A stretch of 58,397 bases of DNA, counting the filler, from Sphacelaria rigidula (taxonomy: Eukaryota), in the NCBI GenBank assembly GCA_964200075.2. It is 6 parts of 6 records of this genome, joined end to end, with 100 filler letters (N's around TTAATTAATTAA, not from the genome) between each part and the next. Parts side by side here need not be neighbours in the genome. Positions count along the whole stretch, not along the records: positions 1 to 9,650 come from CAXNAA020008033.1; positions 9,751 to 19,400 come from CAXNAA020008034.1; 4 more parts are not named here. One strand, 5' to 3'. Positions 1 through 13,400 of this stretch are shown in pieces. The translations under genes were made by a program, and so were the position numbers. Under the pieces are notes generated by a model. It had not been told where the DNA came from, searched no databases, and was given only the letters and a program-made list of their open reading frames with translations. Every line of letters begins with the position of its first letter. Position 1 is the first letter of the stretch.

Positions 1-336
1 AAGTCAGCCACCGCACCAGTGGTCAGGTGGCATGCCATGAGCCGCGCAGGCTGCAGCACAACACGTGTTGCATGAAGGTCAGGCTTACATTTTGTGAAGA
101 CCAGAGAATCCTCTGAGATCGCAGTCCGTGATGGTGTAGATGCTCTTGTAATATTGGCGTACAGGCTAACTTGTGCTTTGCTAGTTGAGATGCATAGTCG
201 AGAGCGCTGTGACCCAAGGGGGGCGGCCAAGTCAACCCAATAAAACAATGTAGTATAACCCATCAGGTACCAAGCATGGCAAAGTATGTCAAATGGAACC
301 CAGTCGACTGGAACATGACCAATAAATCTGGAACAA

Positions 337-3300
337 AACTACACGATACTGAGAAACTTGAATCAACCTGAAAACTACTTTCGTCAGGGAACCAGCGTTG
401 GATTATGTTGGAACAGATGCAGTTCTCAATGAAGTTTATGTCTCTCCGGCGATGTGGTCGTCAGCGATAAGCATATAGTTATCTTTATCACGTAATTTTG
501 ATCGATGGATAAAACCATGGAAGACATGGAGTCGTCGCAAATATTGGGATGGAGACAAATGCACGATACTGAGAAACTTGAATCAACCTCAAAACTACTC
601 TTGACAGAAACCAAACGTTTGATCAAGTTGAAACATATATGAAGTTCTCAATGTAGCATGTGTCTCGCCGGCCATGTAGTTGTCAGCGACAAACATGTGT
701 CTCACATGTCGTGTATTTGTCATCGATGCATAAGATTTATGCAAGACATGGAGTCGTCACTGACAGGGCGGTGGATGTGCGGTGGATGAAACTACACCAT
801 ACTGGGAAACTTGAGTCAACCTCAAAACTACTCTTGTCAGAGAACGAACTCTGGATCAAGTCGGAACAGATGCAGTTCTCAATGGAGTTTGTGTCTCTCC
901 TATGATGTAGTTGTCTGTGATAAGCATATTTCATACATCTCGTGTATTTGTCATCGATGGATACGATCATGTAAGATATATAGACGTCGCTGACATGGCG
1001 GTGGATGAAACTAGCCTACGCTAAGAAACTTGAATCAACCTCAAAACAACTCTTGTCAGAGAACCAACGTTGGATCAAGTTGGAACAATTGATATTCTCA
1101 ATGGAGTTTGTGTCTCTCCGATGATGTAGTTGTCGGCGACAATCACATTTCTCATCATCGTGCAATGGTCACCGATGGATAAGATCATGGAAGACATGAA
1201 GTCTTCACATATATGACGAGGGATGAAACTAGACGACACTGAGAAACTTGAATCAACCTCAAAACTCTCTTGTCAGAGAACCAACTCTGGATCAAGTTGG
1301 AACAGATGCAGTTCTCAATTGCGCTCATGTCTCCCCGGCTATGCAGTTGTCGGCGATAAGCATATAGTTATCATTACAGCGTTTTTTGCATCGATGAATA
1401 AGATCATGTAAGACATGTCGTCGTCACTGACATAGCGGTCGAGGCAACCACACCACACTGAGGAAGTTGAATCAACCTCAAAACTACTCTTCACAAAACC
1501 CAACGTTTGAACAAGTTGAAAGATATTTCAAGTTATCAATAAAGCTTGTGTCTCGCCGGTAATGTAGTTGTCAGCGACAAGTATATGCCTCACATGTCGT
1601 GTATCTGTCATTGATGCATACGATCATGCAAGACATGGAGTCGTCACTGACATGGCGGTGGATGAAACTACACCACACTGAGAATTTCGGATCAACGTCA
1701 AAACTACTGTCGTTACAGAACTAACGTTGGATGGAGTTAAAGCAGATGCAGTTCTCCATGAAGTTTGCGTCTCTCTGGCGATGTAGTTGTCAGCGACAAG
1801 CACAGTTATCATAATCGCGCATTTTGCGTCGATGCATAAGATCAAGGGAAACATGGAGTCGCCACCGACGTGGTGATGGATGACACTACACGATACTGAG
1901 AAACTTGAATCAACCTCAAACATACTCTTGTCAGAGAACCAACGTTGGATGAAGTCGGAACAAATGCAGTTCTCACTAGAGTTCATGTTTCTCCGCCCAT
2001 GTAGTTGTCAGCAACAAGCCCATTTCCCATCATCGCATATCTTGCATCGATGTATAAGATCATGCAAGACATGGAGTCGTCGCTGATATTGTGATGGATG
2101 AAACTACACCATACTGAGAAACTTGAATCAGCCTCAAAACTACTCTTGTCAGAAACCATACGTTGCACCAAGTTGAAACAAATGAAGTTCTTGACGGGGT
2201 TTATGTCTCGTCGGCCATGTAGTTGTCGGCGACAAGCATATGTCTCACATGTCGTGAATTTGTCATTGATGGATACTATCATGCGAGACATGGTGTCGTC
2301 ACTGACGTGGAGATGGAGGCAACCACACCAGACTGAGAAACTTGAATAAACATCCAAACTACGTTTGTCAGAGAACTAGTGTTGGACCAAGTCGGAACAG
2401 ATCCAGTTCTCAATGGAGTTTATATCTCTCCGGCGATGTAGATGTCGGCGACAATCATATTTCTCATCACCGTGTGTTGAGCATCGATGGATAAAGATCA
2501 TGGAAGACATGAAGTCGTCACTGACATGGTGGTGGAGGCAACCACACCGGATTAAGAAGCTTGAATCAACGTCAAAACTACTGTCGTCAGAGAACTAGTG
2601 TTGGACCAAGTTGGAACAGATGCAGTTCTCAATGGAGTGTTTGTCTCTCCGGCCATGTAGTTGTCAGCGACAATCATATGTCTCATCATGGTGTGTTGAG
2701 CATTGATGGATAAGATCATGGGAGACATGGAGTCGTCACTGACATGGTGGTGGAGGCAACTCCACCAGACTAAGAAACTCGAATCAACCTCCAAACTACG
2801 TTTGGCAGTGAACTAGCGTTGGACCTAGTTGGGAACGGATCCAGTTCTCAATGGAGTTTGTGTCTTTCCGGCGATGTAGATGTCGGCGACAATCATATTT
2901 CTCATCACCGTGTGTTAAGCATCGATGGATAAAGATCATGTAAGACATGAAGTCGTCACTGACATGGTGGTGGGGGCAACTCCACCAGACTAAGAAGCTT
3001 GAATTAACCTCAAAACTACTCTTGTCAGAGAACTAGCGTCGGACAAAGTCGGAACAGATGCAGTTCTCAATGGAGTTTGTGTCTCTCCGGCGATGTAGAT
3101 GTCGGCGACGATCATATTTCTCACCATCTTGTGTTGAGCATCGATGGATAAGATCATGCGAGACATGAAGTCGTCACTGACATGGTATTGGGGGCAACCA
3201 CACCAGACTAAGAAACTTGAACCAACCACAAATCTACTCTTGCCAGAGAACTAGCGTCGGACCAAGTTGGAACAGATGCAGTTCTCAATAGAGTTTATGT

Positions 3301-6300
3301 CTCTCCGGCGATGTAGATGTGGGCGACAATCATATTTCTCATCACCGTGTGTTGAGTATCGATGGTTGAAGACCATGCGAGACATGAAGTCGTCACTGAC
3401 ATGGTGGTGGAGGCAACTGAATTATGCTGAGAAACTTGAATCAGCCTCAAATCTACTCTTGTCAGAGGAATAGCGTTGGACCAAGTTGGAACAGATGCAG
3501 TGCTCAATGGAGTTTGTCTCTTTCCGGCGATGTAGATGTCGGCGACAATCATATGTCTCATCATCGTGTGTTGAGCTTCGATGGATGAAGATCATGGGAG
3601 ACATGGAGTCGTCACTGACATGGTGATGGAGGCAACCACACCAGACTAAGAAGCTTGAATCAACCTCACAACTACGTTTGTCAGAGAAGTAGCGTTGGAC
3701 CAAGTTGGGAACAGGAGCAGTTCTCAATGGAGTGTTGGTCTCTCCGGCGATGTAGATGTCGGCGACAATCATATTTCTCATCATCGTGTGTTGAGCATCG
3801 ATGGATGAAGATCATGGGAGACATGGAGTCGTCACTGACATGGTGATGGAGGCAACCACACCAGACTAAGAAGCTTGAATCAACGTCACAACTACGTTTG
3901 TCAGAGGAGTAGCGTTGGACCAAGTTGGAACAGAAGCAGTTCTCAATGGAGTGTTGGTCTCTCCGGCGATGTAGATGTGGGCGACAATCATATGTCTCAT
4001 CACCGTGTGTTGAGCATCGATTGATATGATCATGCGAGACATGAAGTCGTCACTGACATGGTGGTGGAGGTATCTGAATTAGACTAAGAAACTTGAATCA
4101 GGCTCAAATCTACTGTTGTCAGAGAACGAGCGTCGGACCAAGTTGGAACAGATGCAGTTCTCAATGGAGTGTTGGTCTCTCCGGCGATGTAGATGTCGTC
4201 GACAATCATATTTCTCATCATCGTGTGTTGAGCATCGATGGATAACATCATGCGAGACATGAAGTCGTCACTGACATGGTGGTGGAAGCAACTTCACCAG
4301 ACTAAGAAGCTTGAATCAACCCCAAAACTACTGTTGTCAGAGAACGAGCGTCGGACCAAGTTGGAACAGATGCAGTTCTCAATGGAGTTTGTGTCCCTCC
4401 GGCGATGCAGATGTCGGCGACAATCACATGTCTCATCATCGTGTGTTGAGCATCGATGGATAAGATCATGGGGGACATGGGGTCGTCACTGACATGGTGG
4501 TGGAGGCAACTGAATTATGCTAAGAAACTTGAATCAACCTCAAATCTACTCTTGTCAGAGAGCTAGTGTTGGACCAAGTCGGAGCAGATCCAGTTCTCAA
4601 TGGAGGGTTGGTCTCTCCGGCGATGTAGATGTCGGCGAGAATCATATTTCTCATCATCGTGTGTTGAGCATCGATGGATAAGATCATGGAAGACATTGAG
4701 TCGTCACCGATATGGTGGTGGTGGCAACTCCAACACACTAAGGAGCTTGAATCAACCTCACAACTACGGTTGGCAGTGAACTAGCGTCGGATCAAGTCGG
4801 AATAGAAGCAGTTCTCAATGGAGGGTTGGTCTCTTCGGCGATGTAGATGTCGGCGACAATCATATGTCTCATCATCGTGTGTTTAGCATCGCTGGATGAA
4901 GATCATGGAGGACATGGAGTCGTCACTGACATGGTGGTGGAGGCAACTGAATTATGCTGAGAAACTTGAATCAGGCTTAAATCTACTCTTGTCAGAGAAA
5001 TTGCGTTGGACCAAGTCGGGACAGATCCAGTTCTCAATGGAGTTTATATTTGTCCGGCGATGCAGATGTCGGCGACAATCATATTTCTCATCACCGTGTG
5101 TTGAGCATCGATGGATAAAGATCATGGGAGACATGACGTCGTCACTGACATGGTGGTGGAGGCAACTTTACCACACTAAGAAACTACAATCAGCCTCAAA
5201 TATTCTCTCGTCAGGAAACGAGCGTCGGACCAAGTTGGGAACAGATGCAGTTCTCAATGGAGTTTGTGTCTTTCCGGTGATGTAGATGTCGGCGACAATC
5301 ATATGTCTCATCATCGTGTGTTGAGCATCGATGGATAAGATGATGGGAGACATGGAGTCGTCACTGACATGGTGGTGGAGGCAACTAAATTATGCTAAGA
5401 AACTTGAATCAACGTCAAATATACTCTTGTCAGAGAACTAGGGTTGGACCAAGTTGAAACAGATGCAGTTCTCAGTGGCGTTTATGTCTCTCCGGCGGTG
5501 TAGATGTCGGCGACAATCATATTTCTCATCACCGTGTGTTGAGCATCGCTGGATATGATCATGCGAGACATGGAGTCGTCACTGACATGGTAGTGGAGGC
5601 AACAAAATTATGCTAAGAAACTCAAATCAACCTCAAATCTACTCTTGTCAGAGAAATAGCGTTGGACCAAGTTGGAACAGATGCAGTTCTCAATGGAGTT
5701 TGTATCTCTCCGGCGATGTAGATGACGGCGACAATCATATTTCTCTTCATCGTGTGTTGAGCATCGATGGATGAAGATCATGGGAGACATGAAGTCGTCA
5801 CTGACATGGTGATGGAGGCAACTACCCCAGACCAAAAAGCTTGAATCAACCTCACAACTACGTTTGTCAGAGAAATAGCGTTGGACCAAGTTGGAACATA
5901 TCCAGTTCTCAATGGAGTGTTTGTTCTTCCGGCGATGTAGATACGGGTGACAGTCATTTTCCCCATCACCGTGTGTTGAGCATCGCTGGATAACATCATG
6001 CGAGACATGGAGTCGTCACTGACATGGTGGTGCAGGTAACCACACCAGACTAAGAAGCTTGAAGCAGCCTCGAATCTATTCTTGTCAGAGAACGAGCGTC
6101 GGACCAAGTTGGAACAGATGCAGTTCTCAATGGAGTTTATGTCTCTCCGGCGATGTAGATGTCGGCGACAGTCATATTTCTCATCACCGTGTGTTGAGCA
6201 TGGATGGATAAGATCATTGGAGACATGGAGTCGTCACTGACATGGTGGTGGAGGCAACTGAATTATACTATAAAACTTGAATCAACCCAGAATATACTCT

Positions 6301-9300
6301 CGTCAGAGAGCTAGCGTTGGACCAAGTTGGAAGAGATGCAGTTCTCAATGGAGTTTATGTCTCTCCGGCGATGTAGATGTGGGCGACAATCATATGTCTC
6401 ATCATCGCGTGTTGCGCATCGATGCATAAGATCACGGAAGACATGGAGTTGTCACTGATATGGTGGTGGAGGCAACTTCACCACACTGAGGAGCTTGAAT
6501 CAACGTCAAAACTCCGTTTAGCGGTGAACTAGCGTTGGATCAACTCGGAACAGAAGCAGTTCTCAATGGAGTGTTGGTCTCTCCGGCGATGTAGATGTCG
6601 GCGACAATCATATCTCTCATCATCGCGTGTTTAGCATCGATGAATGAAGATCATGGAGGACATGGAGTCCTCACTGACATGGTGATGGAGGCAACTCCAC
6701 CTGATTCAGAAGCTTCCAACTACTGATGTCAGAGAAATAGCGTTGGACCAAGTTGGAACAGGTGCAGTTCTCAATGACGTTTATGTGTCCCGGGCGATGT
6801 AGATGTCGGCGACGATCATATTTCTCATCACCGTGTGTTGAGCATCGATGGATAAAGATCATGCGAGACATGACGTCGTCACTGACATGGTGGTGGAGGT
6901 AACTGAATTATGCTGAAAAACTTGAACCAGCCTCAAATCTACTTTTTCCAGAGAACGAGCGTCGAACCAAGTTGGAACAGATCCAGTTCTCAATGGAGTT
7001 TGTGTTTCTCCGGCGATGTAGATGTCGGCGACAATCATATGTCCCATCATCGTGTGTTGAGCATCGATGGATAAGATCATGGAAGACATGGAGTCGTCAC
7101 TGATATGGTGGTGGAGGCAACTTCACCACACTAAGAAGCTTGAATCAACGTCACAACTACGTTTGGCAGTGAACTAGCGTTCGATCAAGTCGGAACAGGA
7201 GCAGTCCTCAATGGAGTGTTGGTCTCTACGGCGGTGTAGATGTCGGCGACAGTCATATTTCTCATCATGGTGTGTCCAGCATCAATGGATGAAGATCATG
7301 GAGAACATGGAGTCGTCACTGACATGGAGGTGGAGGCAACTTCACCGGACTAAGGAGCTTGAATCAACGTCACAACCACGTTCGTCAGAGAAATAGCGTT
7401 GGACCAAGTTGGAACAGATGCAGTTCTCAGTGGCGTTCATATCTCTCCGGCGATGTAGATGTCGGCGACAATCATATTTCTCATAATTGTGTGTTGAGCA
7501 TGGATGGATGAAGATCATTGGGGACATGACGTCGTCACTGACATGGTGGTTGAGGCAACTGAATTATGCTGAGAAACTTGAATCAACCCCAAATCTACTC
7601 TTGTCAGAGAGCTACCGTTAGACCAACTTCGAACAGATGCAGTTCTCGATGGAGTTTGTATCTCTCCGGCGATGTAGATGTCGGCGAGAATCATATGTCT
7701 CATCATCGTGTGTTGAGCATCGCTGGATAATATCTTGGAAGACATGGAGTCGTCACTGACATGGTGGTGGAGGCAACTTCACCACACTAGGAAGCTTGAA
7801 TCAACGTCTAAACTACGTTAAGCAGTGAACTAGCGTTGGACAAAGTTGGAACAGATCCAGTTCTCAATGGAGTGTTGGTCTCTCCGGCGATGTAGATGTC
7901 GGCGACAATCATATTTCTCATCATCGTGTGTTGAGCATCGATGGATGAAGATCATGGAGGACATGGAGTCGTCACTGACATGGTTGTGGGGGCAACTCCA
8001 CCGGATTCAGAAGCTTGAATCAACGTCACAACTACGTTTGTCAGAGAAATAGCGTTGGACCAAGTTGGAACAGATGCAGTTCTCAATGACGTTTATGTGT
8101 CCCCGGCGATGTAGATGTCGGCGACAATCATATTCCTCATCATCGTGTGTTGAGTATCGATGGATAAAGATCATGCGAGACATGACGTCGTCACGGACAT
8201 GGCGGTGGAGGTAACTGAATCAGACTAAGAAACTTGAATCAACCTCAAACATACTCTTGCCAGAGAACGAGCGTCGAACCAAGTCGCAACAGATGCAGTT
8301 CTCAAAAGGTTTGTGTTTCTTCGGCGATGTAGATGTCGGCGACAATCATATGTCTCATCATCGTGTGTTGAGCATCGATGGATAAGATCATGGAAGACAT
8401 GGAGTCGTCACTGACATGGTGGTGAAGGCAACGGAATTATGCTAAGGAACTTGAATCAACCTCAAATTTACTTTTGCAAAAGAAATAGCGTTGGACCAAG
8501 TTGGAACAGATGCAGTTCTCAATGGAGTTCAAGTCGCTCCGGCGATGTAGATGTCGGCGACAATCACATTTCTCATCATCGTGTGTTGTGAACCGATGGA
8601 TGAAGATCATGGGGAACATGGAGTCGTCACTGATATGGTGGTGGAGGCAACTTCACCACACTAAGGAGATGAATCAACCTCAAATATACGTTTGGCAGTG
8701 AACTAGCGTTGGACCAAGTCGGAACGGATGCAGTTCTCAATGGAGTGTTGGTTCCTCCGGCGGTGTAGATGTCTGCGACAATCATACTTCTCATCATCGT
8801 GTGTTGAGCATCGATGGTTGAAAATCATGCGGGACATGGAGTCGTCACTGACATGGTGGTGGAGGCAACTGAATTATGCTGAGAAACTTGCATCAGCCTC
8901 AAATCTACTCTTGTCAGGGAAATAGCGTTGGACCAAGTTGGAACAGATCCAGTTCTCAATGGAGTTTGTATCTCTCCGGCGATGTAGATGTCGGCGACAA
9001 TCATATCTCTCATCATCGTGTGTTGAGCATCGATGGATAAAGATCATGGGAGACATGAAGTCGTCACTGATATGGTGGTGGAGGCAACCACCCCAGACTA
9101 AGAAGCTTATATCAACCTCACAACTACGTTTGTCAGAGAAATAGCGTTGGACCAAGTTGGAACAGATCCAGTTCTCAATGGAGTGTTGGTCTTACCGGCG
9201 ATGTAGATGTCGGCGACAATCATATTCCTCATCACCGCGTGTTGAGCATCGCTGGATATGATCATGCGAGACATGGAGTCGTCACTGACATGGTGGTGGA

Positions 9301-9650
9301 GGTAACTGAATCAGACTAAAAAACTAGAATCAGCCTCAAATATACCCTTGTCAGAGAACGAGCGTCGGACCAAGTTGGAACAGATCTAGTTCTCGGTGGC
9401 GTTTATGTCTCTCCGGCGATGTATATGTCGGCGACAATCATATCTCTCATCATCGTGTGTTGAGCATCGATGGATAAGATCATGGAAGACATGGAGTCGT
9501 CACTGATATGGTGGTGGAGGCAACTTCACCACACTCAGAAGCTTGAATCAACCTCGAAACTACGTTTGGCAGTGAACTAGCGTTGGATCAAGTCGGAACA
9601 GAAGTAGTTCTCCATGGAGTGTTGGTCTCCCCGGCGATGTAGATGTCAGA
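337..9650. repeat. Tandem satellite array, 218/219-bp monomer, ~42-43 copies, truncated by contig end
   Basis: The motif AGTCGTCACTGACATGG recurs at 2731, 2951, 3169, 3388, 3607, 3827, 4045, 4263 and onward, with spacing 217-220. One unit near 6700-6870 is 208 bp because of a deletion. Copies at 337-2300 are more diverged. Confidence 0.97.
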
Positions 9651-9750
9651 NNNNNNNNNNNNNNNNNNNNNNNNNNNNNNNNNNNNNNNNNNNNTTAATT
9701 AATTAANNNNNNNNNNNNNNNNNNNNNNNNNNNNNNNNNNNNNNNNNNNN
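9651..9750. other. Artificial assembly linker N44-TTAATTAATTAA-N44
   Basis: 100-bp linker with stops in all six frames; identical to four others in the window. Confidence 0.98.
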
Positions 9751-10453
9751 CCTGCTTTCTAAAGGAATTGTGCATTCCAGTTTTTTCTTGGCCGCAAAAG
9801 AGCCCAATCAACCATCTGTCCCACTTCTTTCATTCTACGCTGCGGAAGCAACTGATCTCACGATCAGGGTGCAACCTCTGCACACTACTGTTCGCTGAAC
9901 AGTAGTTGGCCTGTCGTGCACAGTGCCTACGACCACGAATTATTCCAACACAAGTCACGCCTCATTTCCATCCAAGACCAAACCAGGAGCGCATTGTTCA
10001 TGATGGTATACAGCGTGGATCTGAACCTCCCTCTACACTGTAATGGCGTTCTTGAGGGAGCGCCACCGCCCAGCACTGAAGGTGCGAAACTATGATGAAG
10101 AAGTAGTACATCACTAGCTAGCGCTAGTACTTCCTCTGTGTTTGTAGCAAATGCCGGAAACCACAATAGTAGCCCCATCCCGGATAAGTTGCTGCATGTC
10201 AGAAGGAGATTTCAAAACCAGTACACATCTGTTTTTGGTGCAGAAAACTGGCTGATCCGGATGACGGCGGCGGTACAAAGATAAACAGAGACAACATGGA
10301 TGGTTGTACGTAATAAATAACCACCCGCATTTAGCTGCAACAGGGCGGACTGTCGGTACGGGCGGTCAGAACCCATACGTAGAGCTTCATGACCGTTATC
10401 GTGGGTGTCTGCACGGTCGCCGCCACCCGTTTATAATCATCTCGCGAAAACAG

Positions 10454-13400
10454 AGTTGGAACGATTGCGAGAGGCGATGAACGCTACCTCAGGAAACCAG
10501 CCGCCGGGGATTTCCGTGAGTGTATATATCTCTATATCCAACGAGAAAGCGAGAGCGGTAGGGCACGAGCAACATGCTGCGGAGAAACTGTCAAAGGCGA
10601 GTGGGATAAAGAGATGTGTATGTTGAAAAATAACATTGCACCGGAGATCGGAGATGTCCACGGAACAACACTTTACGTTGTGTAATTTACATGTGCGTTG
10701 GTTTCCCCAGCCATAAATTATTTTTTCAATGTGATATTGTACAGATATATTTTGAATGGACGTAATGCTGTTCAGATGTTTCCCGTTGCGGTGGAGGAGT
10801 GTCGTGTCCTCGCGCCACAAGTAACGTGATTATACTGTACGTACGCGTCAGGCCACTATTTGGTATGTCCCCACGCACGCAGGCAACAGAACGGGCGCTT
10901 TGTGACGACGAAGCCAGAGACTAACGTCATCGCAATAACAGCAAATACCACGTCTATGTAATCAGCCGAAGCATTCCGACTGGTGATGATCCCCCGACAT
11001 CCGCCCAGATTTCTCAGATTCGAATATTCCAATCTAAGATGCGGTGGGGCATATGACCAGCCGTACCTATGATATCGGTCAATCCTAACAGTGGCATCAA
11101 CCGTTGTCTGCAATACAAGGGATCCCAAGGAGTACCTCATACTCTCGATCGGTTTTCAAAACCGACGATCGACGATTGTCGTGGTGCATATCCGTTTCGA
11201 AGAAGGGTTAATATCTATGACATACAAAGGCCGATTCGCTTAATCATCCTCCCGTGCACAACATGAAAATCGGCCAACCCTAACAGACATATTTACATAC
11301 ACATTCACATAACATGCGCACCATCCTACTCTCACACTGCCAGACCGACACGCGATGTGGAGTACTAGAGTCGATTTGGAAAACCGTCCCCCGATGAGCG
11401 ATATACAACAAAACTGGCCTCATGGCGGGATACAACATAACCCTAAAAATCAGTTTTTGTTGTATAACCATTCCCCTACCGGCATCATTTTAAAAGTTCA
11501 AATTATCCAGAAACATAACATCATATCATAACATCATATCTTTTACTCGAAATAACCTGCTACATTTCGAGATACAAACGTAGACGCAGGCTATACGTTG
11601 TAGTCCACTTGTAATGTTAATAATATCTCCTTGTAAAAGGATGGAGAATCCGTTGGCTGAAAATACGATCTCTGAGAGTGGGCCGATGGATAATATCATC
11701 ATTGGATAGCCAAGCGATTCCGATATGTAAGAAACGATATCCCTATCAACGCACAGGATGGTGACCATGTCCTTCAACATTCACATGCACCTCTTCCGAA
11801 ATTACCATCCGATAAACGTACATTGGATCGAAGTAGTCAGTTTCGGACATCGACCCACGACATTCTCAACCCTCACGATGCCGTGATGTGTTATCTTGAC
11901 AGCCGCATGCGCAAATACCTATACAGAACGTTGCTGAGATACAATCATCCCGCTAACGGAGATCGTCTCGCCTCCGATGTCTGGAGCGAGGCCATCATAA
12001 TGCATGTCTGTCGTATGTCTTTCGTAATTGCATGTATGTCGCTTGTGTTCAATGTGAGAACCGGTAATAATAAGACCATCGGTAGGAGTGGCATGCTATT
12101 GTGCATAAGAGTTGTTAGTGTTGAGTGTGCAACCAACCTCATGCTATATCGGCAACATGGACCGTGCGGGATACATCTTCTCCCTTCGTCTTCGATAACA
12201 GAAGCCATGCACGAGTTCAGCCATTGGGGTGCTTGTCCCTATCATCCGACAAGCGTGCCGCAGAGAAGAAGTCAGCACACCGGTACAGTTGACTGAAATA
12301 TTGGGCAGTAATTGGGAGGACAACCTCTGGAAGCAAGACGGCAAGGAAAGAGGTGGGAAGAAAGACGCGAACGAGACATGGAGGAAGCTCCTCTATTACG
12401 TGAAGGGATATGTGATGAGATTCGTCCTTACACCCCCAGTGAGGGCGCCGTCGAAGAACGAACCGCCTAAGCTTGGGTCGCTGGTGACGCTCGTGTTCTC
12501 CGTGGCCCTTCACGACCGAGACTGGCCTTTGCAAGACGTGGTCCTCGATCGCCTCGCGTTCGAGGAGGAGGAAGGGATCAAACCGGTGAGCGCCGCCTGT
12601 GCGACATTGAGTGGATTATATAGTGGACCATGCGCCCATGATAGTTTTGGTGTCCAAATAAATTGTACTCTTCCTTCTTCTCGGGTCGGCGTACACGCCC
12701 CTGTTTTCATGTCACACCCAGGACGACATCGCTTGTTCAGATCACAGCTGTGTGATGTTACGCTCGCTGCCTGTGCCTTTAAATGAATGTGGGTCCCATT
12801 GTACATGATCTCCGTGATTAACCTAGCCATGTAACCATCTGGTGTCATCTCGCCGATTTTGCCTCATACGCGTCATGTTCAACAGTCGATGCAGGGGTCG
12901 TCGCTGGGAAATCTCCACGTCTACTCTTACTTTTTTGGTCTCGACAAACGCTGTTGGACTGATGGTCACCTGCACAAGCTTGTCCGGGAGAATGGAATCA
13001 ACCAAGCGGTCATGACCTACTGTCAGGTATTGAAGCCGTTGCATCTCGCGCACAATGTTGCATCCACCTTCATCAGCGGAGCACACATGGACAGAGGTGA
13101 TCATAGTCAACTCGACGAGACCGGTCGTATTTCGAGGGCGAGTCTGCGGGTGGCGACTGACGATAAGGAAGATGGCAACAAGATAGCCGGGTTGCGGTGG
13201 CAGCAACTTCAGTTTGATTTTGCTACGGCATCCGCAACGTGGGTTAATGAGCAGGAAAGCCGTAAGGCGATACAGTCATACACTTACACGGCTACAAACC
13301 CCAACACGTCGGACGGGGCAAAGGGAGCAACCGGGAACGTCTTCGATTGGCTGGACGCCGCATATCACCGGGCGTTCAAGGACGCTCTCAGCGGGGCGAA

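Noticed and set aside
337..9650. Many 60-130 aa ORFs, or a CRISPR-like array
   Set aside because: The ORFs are translations of satellite monomers, broken by 218/219 length changes and recurrent stops. The whole unit repeats with no unique spacers and no cas genes.
9695..9706. TTAATTAATTAA as a regulatory palindrome with ~9.75-kb periodicity
   Set aside because: Always centred in N-runs; it is an artificial linker.
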